NCBI GenBank assembly: GCA_021818905.1
Contig: JAKASS010000005.1
Span: 1-58,269, forward strand
Source: Nanobdellota archaeon
GTDB taxonomy: Archaea > Nanobdellota > Nanobdellia > Parvarchaeales > Parvarchaeaceae
Direction: 5' to 3'
Length of the DNA: 58,269 nucleotides
The notes under the pieces: generated by a model
Told to the model about the DNA's origin: nothing
The model's input: only the letters and a program-made list of their open reading frames with translations
Database searches by the model: none
In this document: positions 49,322 through 58,269 of the stretch, piece by piece
Layout: every line of letters starts with the position of its first letter
Numbering within the stretch: the first letter of the stretch is position 1
Program-made: the position numbers and the translations under genes

Positions 49322-50191
49322 TCAGATGTTCCCTGACGCAGAGCCATTTATTTTTGATTTTCTCGTCTTGGTGGAAGATTTTAGCATGTCTTTTGTGAAA
49401 CCGTTTGGGATCCGATTGTATTTTATAAAATCGTATAATATCAGCTTAAAAAGATTGGACAGGAGGTACCCTATCATTACACCTATCACAAGGATTAAAA
49501 TGCCTACGATTCCGATAACCGCCCCAAAAAGGAAATTCACCATTAACGCTGATGCCAAACCTGCAAAAATGGTTAGAATCCCCACAGCGACTATCGCCAA
49601 GCTATACAAATCTGCATATACTAATCCACCGAAAGATTGTCCGAAGTTCTTGATTATAAAGGAAGCGCTGCTCTTTAACGCTGCTATGGGCCCTAACTTG
49701 TCCTCCAGTATCACTGGGACTACGAACAGCGTCGACAGGCCTATTGCAATAGAAACTGTGGCCCCCAACAATAATCCGGTTATACCTCGTAGCCTGGACT
49801 CGAGCATTCTCACTGCAATTAGGACTATCGAATAGAAAACGCTCCACTCGAGTATCAGCGTGGCGTAGGACTTTACCTGCGAAAACGCGTCTCTAAAGGA
49901 AATCTTTCTGCCAGAAGCGAATGAACGAAAGGCGATGAACATCGCCAGTATTATATAAGTCGAGGTGAAGGTTACCGCTACGTAAACTGCGAAAAGCGGG
50001 AGCAGATAATAATACTGCAAAGCCGGGTTATTCAATAACGGCGCTGAAAGAAGGAAAATAGCGACGACTTCCAGCACCACTGCAAAGGCGGAAACCAGAG
50101 GGTACATGAACAGGTCCTTGTCTTCAAATACCAGTTTTCTGGTCGCTTTTCCGATTGCCCATCCCTTTTTTAGATTTTCAAACATGGCCAT
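49322..50191 (-). CDS. DUF6159-like membrane protein
   Basis: VVPVILEDKLGPIAALKSS..FGQ with several TM segments. Confidence 0.6.
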   Translation of the reverse strand: MAMFENLKKGWAIGKATRKLVFEDKDLFMYPLVSAFAVVLEVVAIFLLSAPLLNNPALQYYYLLPLFAVYVAVTFTSTYIILAMFIAFRSFASGRKISFRDAFSQVKSYATLILEWSVFYSIVLIAVRMLESRLRGITGLLLGATVSIAIGLSTLFVVPVILEDKLGPIAALKSSASFIIKNFGQSFGGLVYADLYSLAIVAVGILTIFAGLASALMVNFLFGAVIGIVGILILVIGVMIGYLLSNLFKLILYDFIKYNRIPNGFTKDMLKSSTKTRKSKINGSASGNI

Positions 50192-50399
50192 AATATTATC
50201 CCGTGAAATTTAAATATAAAAGATTAGAGAAAAGCAATGTGCATGGCTCAAAAGCAGGTTTTAGATCTGATGCCGTCTTTTCCAGGCACTGCCATAAATC
50301 ACTTTCGCTTATTTCCCCATTAAAAATATGCGCTGACAATATCCATAAAATTTTCCTCCTTTAGTTGTTTTATTCTTTTTATATGAATGGTTATCACCT

Positions 50400-50415
50400 G
50401 CTCTGTAGAAATCCT
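50400..50415 (+). mobile_element. Solitary TIR of the 967-bp IS5 type
   Basis: GCTCTGTAGAAATCCT followed by a TATA-like TTTAATGATAATA as at the promoter end of the intact copies; no transposase follows. Confidence 0.65.
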
Positions 50416-50613
50416 TTATTAGAACGAAGTCCCTTTAATGATAATAACAAAGGGGAGACAAGAATACCGATAAAAGGAGTGGAGGACCCCCTGACGGAGG
50501 TCCACTCATCATCTTGCGTCTCTGAATAAAGATGCCAGCAAATTTTAGCTGGAGCATATAGAGATTTTGGCAACGATAGTAATGTAATTAAAACTCTGAA
50601 AACAGATAAAAGT

Positions 50614-51387
50614 ATGAAAGAAAATCATAACGAGTACATTGAAAATTTGGTATTAGATCCCTCTTTGTTTTTGTCTTATAAATCTATTGAAGAGGCGATA
50701 AATCTAATAAGAAATATACCAGAAATAAACTGCGGAATAAGGATAAAAGAGATTTTTATCCCAGACGACTTATACAACGAGCTGGATATAATAAGAGAAG
50801 AGAGAAAAATTAGCGACAAATTTCAAAAAGTACTAAAGACATGGAAAATTTTAGACGAATCAACTCCTAAAAATTTAAACGATTTATTTTATCAAACAAT
50901 AACCAATCTTTTTTCTTTGCAAGAAAGAGGATTAATGCTTTCGCCAGTAAGTAGTTTAGCTCGCAATAAGTCATTTAAAGAAGATTATTCAAAGTTAAGA
51001 GGAAACTTTGGTAACTATAAGAGACTATCCCTTAGGAGAAGATTAGCACTTGACATGTTATTTGTGTCAAAATACGTAAAATGCGCTATCTTATCATTTG
51101 GTGGAAAAATTAAGGATGTTTTAAAAGGCACCTTTGTACAGATTATTGAAGGCAGATCAGCACTGAAAGAACGACTTAAAAAATCAGCAAAAGTAAGTAG
51201 TGGCGTCAAATTCATCATCGTTTTAATAGAGAACAGAGATGTAATCACGGAAGCAATAGGTAAAATTTTAAAGTTTTTTGAAGTTTCTGGTGCTGCCGGT
51301 TTTGTCGTGAAAGAGGGAATTAATGGCGTACTAGTGTTTGCGGATGATGAAGTAGCTGAAGATTCTAAACAAACAAAACTTACTTGA
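50614..51387 (+). CDS. Hypothetical protein, possible degenerate PIN fold
   Basis: LVLDPSLFL and IFIPDDLYNEL resemble the PIN N-terminal motifs. Confidence 0.45.
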   Translation: MKENHNEYIENLVLDPSLFLSYKSIEEAINLIRNIPEINCGIRIKEIFIPDDLYNELDIIREERKISDKFQKVLKTWKILDESTPKNLNDLFYQTITNLFSLQERGLMLSPVSSLARNKSFKEDYSKLRGNFGNYKRLSLRRRLALDMLFVSKYVKCAILSFGGKIKDVLKGTFVQIIEGRSALKERLKKSAKVSSGVKFIIVLIENRDVITEAIGKILKFFEVSGAAGFVVKEGINGVLVFADDEVAEDSKQTKLT

Positions 51388-51428
51388 GTATTATGAGAGC
51401 ATCGGCTACGCTGGACACCGTAAGACTA

Positions 51429-52174
51429 GTGCCGCTTGGTGGTTATTCTCGAGAGTTGCGTGAGAAAGCTATAGAATTGCTTAGCAAAGGTTTAACAAAG
51501 ACCGGATCGCCGAAGAGTTGCATATAAGCGGAACAACCATAAGAAGATGGCTTCGAACTAGTATGCATCGTTACTTAAGGCCGCATTCATTCGAGATCAA
51601 GCAGAAAGCTTTGGAATTAGTCAAATCTGGATTAAGCAGGCGCGAAGCTGCAGAAAGAGTCGGCGTTAGCTATTTTACTGTCATATTTTGGGCCAAAGAA
51701 TTATTGCCTATTAAAAAGAGCTTATCGGCAAAGCTAAAATATAGAGCAAGAAGGTTGGTAAAAGAAGGGGTTTCTAGATTGCGGATTGCCGAAATCTTAG
51801 GAATTTCTTATCAGACGGTTTTAAAATTGACGCGAGACTTAGGCTCTCCATTTAAGAAACGAATCTTAACTGGAAGGATGGCGTTTTTAGCTTCACAACT
51901 TATTAAAAACGGATATGTATTTTGTAACAAAGAAATTGGTATAAGTACATATAGAGTCCTAAAAAAGAATTTTGATGTCAGATACATAAAAGTTAGGATA
52001 AAGTGGCATAAGGCGTCGATGATTTATCTTGTAGGTAGAGAGGAGAATGCTATTAAAGCATATTTAACTAAAAATCAACTGCATAACCTAACGGAAAGGC
52101 AATTAAACTCGATAAAAGCACGTTATAGTATCAGAAGTAAAGATAAAAGAAGGGGAGAATATAAAATTATATGA
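51429..52174 (+). pseudogene. Triple-HTH protein with a frameshift near 51505
   Basis: GTG at 51429 gives GGYSRELREKAIELLSKGLTKT, which continues in another frame as IAEELHISGTTIRRW, then two more HTH units. Confidence 0.7.
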
Positions 52175-53532
52175 CAAATAAATGTGATTTTTGTGGAAAG
52201 CTAGAAGAGTATTCTTTACCATTTAAGTGCCGTCGTTGTGGTAATCAGTTTTGTTCAGAGCACATATTACCAGAAAATCACGATTGTCCTGTCTTGGTGC
52301 AAGAAAAAGCGAAACTTCGGGTAGGCGGGACAGGTATTTTTGGTAGACTTTATTCTAGTAACGAAAATGAAAGCGTAAACCGAAACTTTAAGATTCATAA
52401 TCATGAACGCGGTGCCAAAAAATCGCCACAAGAAATGCATGTACATAAAGTACAAAAATCGGCTGGCTACAAACGATATCTATCATTAATCGGTATAGTT
52501 TTAATTCTTATAATTGCAATAGTATTCCTATTACAATTCTTTGCTGCATCCCAACAAACCTATGTCTATGTAGTTAATGGCAATAAAATTTCTGTTATTA
52601 ATGCGGCAACAAACATCGTAGTAAAAAACATCACTGTTGCGACCACACCATCCTCAATTACAGTAGCTTCTAATGGAGACTATCTATATGTTAGCGAACC
52701 AGCTTTAAATTTTGTGCAGGTTGTCTCTACATCTAGTTATTTGGTTGTTTCAAATATATCTGTAAATGACCCCTCTGAAATTATAAGTTCGCCTAACGGA
52801 GAGTTTGTATATGTTTTAGATACTCCAAAAGAGACCTACAACGCAAATAATGTGCGATTTTTTGATTATTCAATCTACACAATATCAACAGCAACAAATA
52901 AAATAAGCGCTACGGCTACCGGAATAGGTTATCCCTGGAATGCCGTAGTAAGTCCAGACGGCGCGTATTTATACTTCTCGAATTATGGCCCGCGTGGGGA
53001 GGCCCCAATAAATGGCGTGCCATCGGGCTATGTTTCAATACTAAATTTATCTACTGGTAACGTAATCAAAAATATAAGTTTAAATTTTAATCCTAACAGT
53101 ATTACTATAAGTCCGAATGGTCAATACTTATACATTACAAATACTGCAGAAAATTCCTTGTCAATTATAAATACAGCAACAGATTATACTTTGTCAAATA
53201 TACCATTAACTTCCTGTTCATGCGATTTACAAGATATAGCTTCGACTATAGCGTTGACATCAAATGGAGAATATGCTTATGTTTTTGGGGAAACCTGTTC
53301 ATTTTCATCCCCCTGTAATTCTAGCATATATGTAATTAACACGTCGACAAGCGCCATAATTAAAAATATTCCTCTGAGTTTTATTCCGGTCAGTATAGCA
53401 ATAAGTTCAGATTCGAGTAAGTTGTACGTTTCCGGCAACCAGAACCTTTATATTATTGATGCAATTACCTCCCAAATTTTAGATAATAAAAATCTCGGTG
53501 CAGAAACGTCCTTTATCGCAATCGGCCATTAG
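52171..53532 (+). CDS. AN1-type zinc finger, TM helix and YVTN/YncE beta-propeller protein
   Basis: CDFC..LPFKCRRCGNQFCSEHILPENHDC; TM LIGIVLILIIAIVFLL; SPNG.YLY repeats. Confidence 0.88.
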   Translation: MTNKCDFCGKLEEYSLPFKCRRCGNQFCSEHILPENHDCPVLVQEKAKLRVGGTGIFGRLYSSNENESVNRNFKIHNHERGAKKSPQEMHVHKVQKSAGYKRYLSLIGIVLILIIAIVFLLQFFAASQQTYVYVVNGNKISVINAATNIVVKNITVATTPSSITVASNGDYLYVSEPALNFVQVVSTSSYLVVSNISVNDPSEIISSPNGEFVYVLDTPKETYNANNVRFFDYSIYTISTATNKISATATGIGYPWNAVVSPDGAYLYFSNYGPRGEAPINGVPSGYVSILNLSTGNVIKNISLNFNPNSITISPNGQYLYITNTAENSLSIINTATDYTLSNIPLTSCSCDLQDIASTIALTSNGEYAYVFGETCSFSSPCNSSIYVINTSTSAIIKNIPLSFIPVSIAISSDSSKLYVSGNQNLYIIDAITSQILDNKNLGAETSFIAIGH

Positions 53533-54446
53533 AGTGCTTTTGAGGTCGTAGGGCTCTGTAGAAATCCTATGATAATGATATAAGCAAGCTGTATGAATCG
53601 CCGGATGTCGTAGACCACGTCGATCACCTTCGCCTCCTTCAGCTTGTTCAAATGCAGTTTGCTGCCCAGGGTGGAGCCGAACTTCCTCTTCTCCACGGAG
53701 TTGACGGTCTCCACGATGCTTCGTTTGTGGTACTCGTCAAGTGGAAAAGATGCTTTCATCAGCTTCCTCCATCTTCCCCTGGTCTTCCATATCGGAACGC
53801 CTTCATTCCTTGCAGGAATGATCGATTCTGCGTGAAGACGCTCTCTTGCGAACCTATGATTTCTCTCCGAATCGTATCCTTTGTCAGCCAGTATCTTATC
53901 GATCTTTACCATTTCGGCGGCTTTCTTCATGAGCGGTCTGAAGGTCTTATTGTCGCTTTCATACCTTCGGTTAGAGGAGGAAACGGCTATCGCTTCCGTC
54001 TTCGGGTCTACGACGATGGAATGCTTGGTAAACTCCCTTATACGCCGTTCTTCGCCTATCCTCCGCAGGTAGTGATAGGAAGCGTTTCGTTCATCGTATC
54101 CAGTGGAGTCTATCGCTGCATCCATTCTTCTTATCCCAAACAGTCTAAACGCGAAGGATAGCATCGCGTCCCATACTCGCAGCGGTATCCGTTTGAAGAA
54201 TTTCTGCAGTGTCGTATAATGAGGGACGTTATCGAAGTCAAACAGCCCCTTGAGCTCTTCCAGCTCGTCTACGACGTCCCGATAAGGCTTCCTTTCGTGT
54301 CTCGTCAGGCAGATGCACGCAGCAAGCTGTGGCTGCGTGTATGTCTTCTTCGAGAATTTGTTCGAGAAGGGCGACAACGCCCTCCGCGCTATGCCCGATA
54401 CGATGGACGCAAATCTTTTATAGTAAGGACTCCCATTTTTATCCAT
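53529..54446 (-). CDS. IS5-family DDE transposase
   Basis: Nearly identical to the 4693-5643 protein. Confidence 0.93.
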   Translation of the reverse strand: MDKNGSPYYKRFASIVSGIARRALSPFSNKFSKKTYTQPQLAACICLTRHERKPYRDVVDELEELKGLFDFDNVPHYTTLQKFFKRIPLRVWDAMLSFAFRLFGIRRMDAAIDSTGYDERNASYHYLRRIGEERRIREFTKHSIVVDPKTEAIAVSSSNRRYESDNKTFRPLMKKAAEMVKIDKILADKGYDSERNHRFARERLHAESIIPARNEGVPIWKTRGRWRKLMKASFPLDEYHKRSIVETVNSVEKRKFGSTLGSKLHLNKLKEAKVIDVVYDIRRFIQLAYIIIIGFLQSPTTSKAL

Positions 54447-54518
54447 AACTACCTCTTTTTTTGTTTATTTACTATAATAATTAAAGAGGTGCTTACTTTA
54501 GAGGATTTCTACAGAGCC
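53552..54518 (-). mobile_element. IS5-family insertion sequence, copy 2 (967 bp)
   Basis: Same 17-bp TIR; 9-bp TSD AGGTCGTAG at 53543-53551 and 54519-54527. Confidence 0.95.
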
Positions 54519-54742
54519 AGGTCGTAGTATTACTATAAATATTGAGAAAACTCTAATTTATAGCTCTCCACAGAAGTAATCCGACACCAAAATAGGCAAC
54601 CGAAAAGTATTTCGGGAAGTAGCGTTCTTAATAATAGCATAAGAGAGTGGGGGAAAGCCGAAGTTGAAAGGAAAAGAGGTTTTCCAACTTAGAAAGATAT
54701 TAAAGGGCGGAGTGTAGGATTACTTTCGAAGATTGCTATAAT

Positions 54743-55045
54743 ATGCAAGAAATAACCGTATATACTCCAAGAGAAGCCGCAAAGAGTAAATTAATTGATT
54801 TTCTTGTTGGTTTTTTAATAATTAATGGCTTGATGGGCCTTGGAATTTTAGGTGCTGCCTCAGTTTCTGCTATAAATATACAAACAAGAATTTTTAGTGG
54901 CGTTGTAGGTCCAATATACATATTTGCTAGCGTCTATGTATGGTACAGGGCTTATAAAAGACATTACAGTCTTCCTAGGGGAGTAATATTTGAACTTTTA
55001 TTATTTTTTGTAGGAGTCTTTCTACTTGGCGTTGCTTATATCTAA
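54743..55045 (+). CDS. Small three-TM membrane protein
   Basis: Hydrophobic segments. Confidence 0.6.
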   Translation: MQEITVYTPREAAKSKLIDFLVGFLIINGLMGLGILGAASVSAINIQTRIFSGVVGPIYIFASVYVWYRAYKRHYSLPRGVIFELLLFFVGVFLLGVAYI

Positions 55046-55069
55046 TAGTTTGTAACCTAGTTTAAACAA

Positions 55070-55438
55070 CTAGAGTTTGGATCTAATGTACTTATATGCT
55101 TGATACGAAAGAATACCAACTGGAGCAACCAAGCAGAAAATTATATCGGTTATACTCAATATATTTCCCCCTAAAAGTATTGTGGCACCAAATATGGTAC
55201 CTAATAGATAAAAAATACTTGTGGTTTCTAAACTAGCGATAGAAAAGGCTATAGCAACAAGTTCAAAGAGAACTATTGCAATTACCGGAACCCATGCAGA
55301 CGCATCGTAAGGATAAGATTCAAGTACTGCAGGCAGTACGCCGCCGAGTATCGTGGTACCTACGATTCCGGCAATCAGCCCCGTAAAAACACTTTTTACC
55401 CCCTCCCGGAAATCGTCTATTAAATCATCTAACCCCAT
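55070..55438 (-). CDS. Small membrane protein
   Basis: Hydrophobic segments; 3 bp from the upstream gene. Confidence 0.6.
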   Translation of the reverse strand: MGLDDLIDDFREGVKSVFTGLIAGIVGTTILGGVLPAVLESYPYDASAWVPVIAIVLFELVAIAFSIASLETTSIFYLLGTIFGATILLGGNILSITDIIFCLVAPVGILSYQAYKYIRSKL

Positions 55439-55441
55439 ACT

Positions 55442-55963
55442 TTATATTTTATTTTTTGTTATTAGCTTTGCAACTTCGCTGTAATATTCAACTATAATAC
55501 CTGCTCCAATAGGCAATAATATTGCACTTGTAAAATTAAAGATAGAATAAGCGTAATAATAAGTTAAAGTTCCTAAGAAAAGCCAAGAAAAAATAGCAAA
55601 AAATGCCAGTGGTAAAGCTTCTTTCCTACCTAAAGTCTTAACTAATTTTTTGAGGTATGCGCAGTAATACCCAAAAAATATTCCGAGAGCAAATATAAAT
55701 CCTGCATCAAGAACTATACATAGGCTAAAACCAGATTTAATCTGATTCACAGCTATATTTATGAATTCAAGGAATAATCCAAAAAACATGGCTGCTAAAA
55801 GCGGAGAAATAAAAATCCAAATCAGACGTGTTGCTTCTAAAAATGCTTTTCTTGTAGGTTTTTCTCTGATAGATTTACCAATCTTTCTAATCTTTATTTC
55901 TGCCCCGGCGTTTACTTTGTGCAAAAGAAAAGATGTAATTTTTTCGCCAGGTGTTTTCTTCAT
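55442..55963 (-). CDS. Membrane protein
   Basis: Basic N-terminus followed by about four TM segments. Confidence 0.6.
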   Translation of the reverse strand: MKKTPGEKITSFLLHKVNAGAEIKIRKIGKSIREKPTRKAFLEATRLIWIFISPLLAAMFFGLFLEFINIAVNQIKSGFSLCIVLDAGFIFALGIFFGYYCAYLKKLVKTLGRKEALPLAFFAIFSWLFLGTLTYYYAYSIFNFTSAILLPIGAGIIVEYYSEVAKLITKNKI

Positions 55964-56015
55964 AATATAATTAGTTACTAGAGTTGTATTTTATATTTTT
56001 TTATTCTGCATAGGA

Positions 56016-56282
56016 TTAGTTTCCAAATGCCGCTTTTGTATAGTCTTCCATTGTCTCTTTGATGGGCTTTAATGAGTATAGTCGTTTTCTATTATCATCT
56101 TTGCTTAATTTAACATTAATCCAACCCAATTTTCTTAGTCTAGAGATAGTGACACTAACAAACTTTTCATCTTTCTCTTTAAGCGATTTAGATGCGTCCC
56201 CGAACGTAAATTCTTTGTCTTGAAACGACCCCCACAATTCTTTGTAGCGTTTTATAATCCAAATAGGAACCTGACTTTCCAT
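56016..56282 (-). CDS. Small winged-HTH (MarR-like) DNA-binding protein
   Basis: FTFGDA...ISRLRKLGWI...DNRKRLYSL. Confidence 0.7.
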   Translation of the reverse strand: MESQVPIWIIKRYKELWGSFQDKEFTFGDASKSLKEKDEKFVSVTISRLRKLGWINVKLSKDDNRKRLYSLKPIKETMEDYTKAAFGN

Positions 56283-56369
56283 CGTATAATTAGTATATGC
56301 TTAGTATATTATATAAACGTTAAGTATATATACTATACGTGCTGTAAGTATATTAGGTATACTAATAGT

Positions 56370-57899
56370 ATGGACAAATCTAAATTTGGATTAAAACTAG
56401 TAATTAAAAATTATCGAGGTAAAAAGCTAGACCCGGCTAAAATATTAAATCAGCTAGAGTTTTGCCTTTCAATAAAGAAGCGTTTAGAATTTGATTATGA
56501 AACGATATTTAAAGCATTGTTATTCAAAGAATTGAAGGGCCTAAAGTCGGATAGATCTCTTGTATGGTATTTGCATGGTAACCCCGCAGAAGCGACTTTG
56601 CTCGGGTTCGACAAGGACATAAATAATAATGTACGAATACCATCGCGAAGGGCCATTGCTTACTTTAAATCTAAATTACTGACCTCGCAAGACAAAGCGT
56701 TGCTAGAAACTACTTTCAAGTTAATAAATGAAACCATAGAAAAGTTCAATATAAAGTTAGATAGAACCTCCGTCGCCTCCAAACTAATAGAAATAAAAGA
56801 ATCCAACTTTCAGTATCAAAAGGAAAGGAAGCTTATAGAAGCAGTCGAGATAGCTAAAAGGTTCTTGTCTAAAGAAATAAAACTTAATGTTAAGCCAAAT
56901 TCTAAATATAGCAAGGCGGAGATGTTAAATGTATTTCTTCATTCCGCATTAGAAAATCAGTTTACTCATGGTGGTGCCGAGTCTTTCAGAAAAACTAAAG
57001 GTTATGGCCCAGTCTCCGCAACTCTCCTTAGGAATATTAGGCTAAAAGACTTGACAGAGTTAAAAGAATCCTTTGAAAAGGCCATCGATAAAGTTCTTGA
57101 CAAGTCGATAAGGCAAGGCAGGTTACAAAGAAAAGTCGTAGACGTCGCAATAGATTATACCTTGATCCATTATTATGGCGATGGTGCATGTCCAGATATA
57201 GTCAGATCAAAGGACGATAGAGGTACCAACAAATACTTCGGCTTCATAACGCTAGATGTCGTTGATAAAGGTTGTAGACTTACCGTAAAGGCTATACCGA
57301 TATTCGGAGATCTTCGAAAAGAGCCGCAGGCTGATTTGGTAAGGCAGCTTGTAGAATACGCGAAAAGCAAGTTCAAGATAAGATACATTTTGATGGACAG
57401 GGGATTTGCTAGTGCAGAGACTTTTAGGGCACTTAAAGAGCTAAAGGTAAACTACATTGTACCGTTGCCAGAAGATGTTAGAATAAAGGGGCTTATAGCA
57501 ACTTTAAAGCCGCCCTTTGTCGTAAAAGATTACCTTAGGGGCGGGGAAGTAATCCCAAACGTAGTTCTGGTAAATGGCCAGAAGGGACTCATGAAGTTGG
57601 CTACAAACATAAAGCTGTCAAAGGACGACGTAGTTTTGCTTAATAGATTGCCAATAATTTATGGCGAGCGATGGGGAATCGAGACAGGTTATAGAGTCAA
57701 GAAAAGGCAAGGAATGGTCAAGACGACTTCTAATGATTATAAAGTAAGGTTTTTTTATTTCATGTTGTCCGTCCTGCTTTACGATGCTTGGATCTTAACT
57801 GGCATTATAGTTGCCGTTTTTCTAGGTAAATTTTTAGCAGAAAGACATGGTACTAGATTCAAGTCGTTTCTATTGGCACTGGAAACGGCAATCACCTAA
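56370..57899 (+). CDS. ISH3-like (IS4 superfamily) DDE transposase with an N-terminal extension
   Basis: VAIDYTLIHYYG, LMDRGF, YGERWGIETGYR, RFFYF..LLYDAW; ATG at 56370; a CAGTA-type end (rc CAGTACTTGAAAAAG) at 58088. Confidence 0.85.
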   Translation: MDKSKFGLKLVIKNYRGKKLDPAKILNQLEFCLSIKKRLEFDYETIFKALLFKELKGLKSDRSLVWYLHGNPAEATLLGFDKDINNNVRIPSRRAIAYFKSKLLTSQDKALLETTFKLINETIEKFNIKLDRTSVASKLIEIKESNFQYQKERKLIEAVEIAKRFLSKEIKLNVKPNSKYSKAEMLNVFLHSALENQFTHGGAESFRKTKGYGPVSATLLRNIRLKDLTELKESFEKAIDKVLDKSIRQGRLQRKVVDVAIDYTLIHYYGDGACPDIVRSKDDRGTNKYFGFITLDVVDKGCRLTVKAIPIFGDLRKEPQADLVRQLVEYAKSKFKIRYILMDRGFASAETFRALKELKVNYIVPLPEDVRIKGLIATLKPPFVVKDYLRGGEVIPNVVLVNGQKGLMKLATNIKLSKDDVVLLNRLPIIYGERWGIETGYRVKKRQGMVKTTSNDYKVRFFYFMLSVLLYDAWILTGIIVAVFLGKFLAERHGTRFKSFLLALETAIT

Positions 57900-58132
57900 C
57901 TAAACACTTTAGACATTGTATGATTTACCTTAGTCGTAAATATCTTCAAGTTCGTTAATTTTAAGATTAAAGAATCTCTTCTCCGAAGTTTCTTTTAACT
58001 GCGCCGTTGTTTATTATTAAAAAGATTTAATACCATAGCATTTTGATGCTTATCAGTTATCTGTATAGAGGGACTTTTTCAAGTACTGTATAATAAGAAA
58101 AGCTTTTAAACCATGCCATCTTTTGTAATAAA

Positions 58133-58244
58133 GATAGCGTCCATAGGCCGGTGGCAAATCCCGTTCCCATTTCGAACACGGAAGATAATCGCCGGTGCGT
58201 CTTATCGGTATTCCGTAAAAGGGAGAAAGTAAGTTGATGCTATC
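58133..58244 (+). rRNA. rrf: 5S rRNA (stand-alone, short and divergent)
   Basis: Conserved CCCGTTCCCATTTCGAACACGGAAG; helix I GATAGCGTC/GATGCTATC; TATA-like TTTTAAA about 25 bp upstream; T-run downstream. Confidence 0.88.
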
Positions 58245-58269
58245 ACTTTTTTATAACCCGACCTAGGCT

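Overview
Archaeal chromosomal window, most consistent with a small DPANN archaeon of the Parvarchaeota/Micrarchaeota type (inferred from eIF5A, archaeal DnaG, a QSALEYLMTYGWAIL class III signal peptide and a stand-alone divergent 5S rRNA). It mixes housekeeping genes with three coherent loci: a lysine/polyamine/GABA catabolic cluster, copA, and a beta-oxidation operon. Mobile DNA is abundant: two intact 967-bp IS5-family copies with 17-bp TIRs and 9-bp TSDs, two decayed copies of a second IS5 type plus a 96-bp MITE, a nonsense-inactivated IS6, an ISH3-like transposase and an orphan IS605-type end. The best novel candidate is an apparent casposon relic next to tRNA-Gln(CTG). It has a GGGGATATAGGTA end, a pilin/YVTN adhesin cargo and an unannotated casposon-type PolB C-terminus cut off by the IS6; no cas1 is visible. 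A second candidate is a dispersed set of modified-nucleotide enzymes (deaminase-methyltransferase-unknown triad, QNG1-like, Ndt-like, DUF6899-like, CYTH, DHH, ASCH). Family calls come from motif recognition only; no searches were run.
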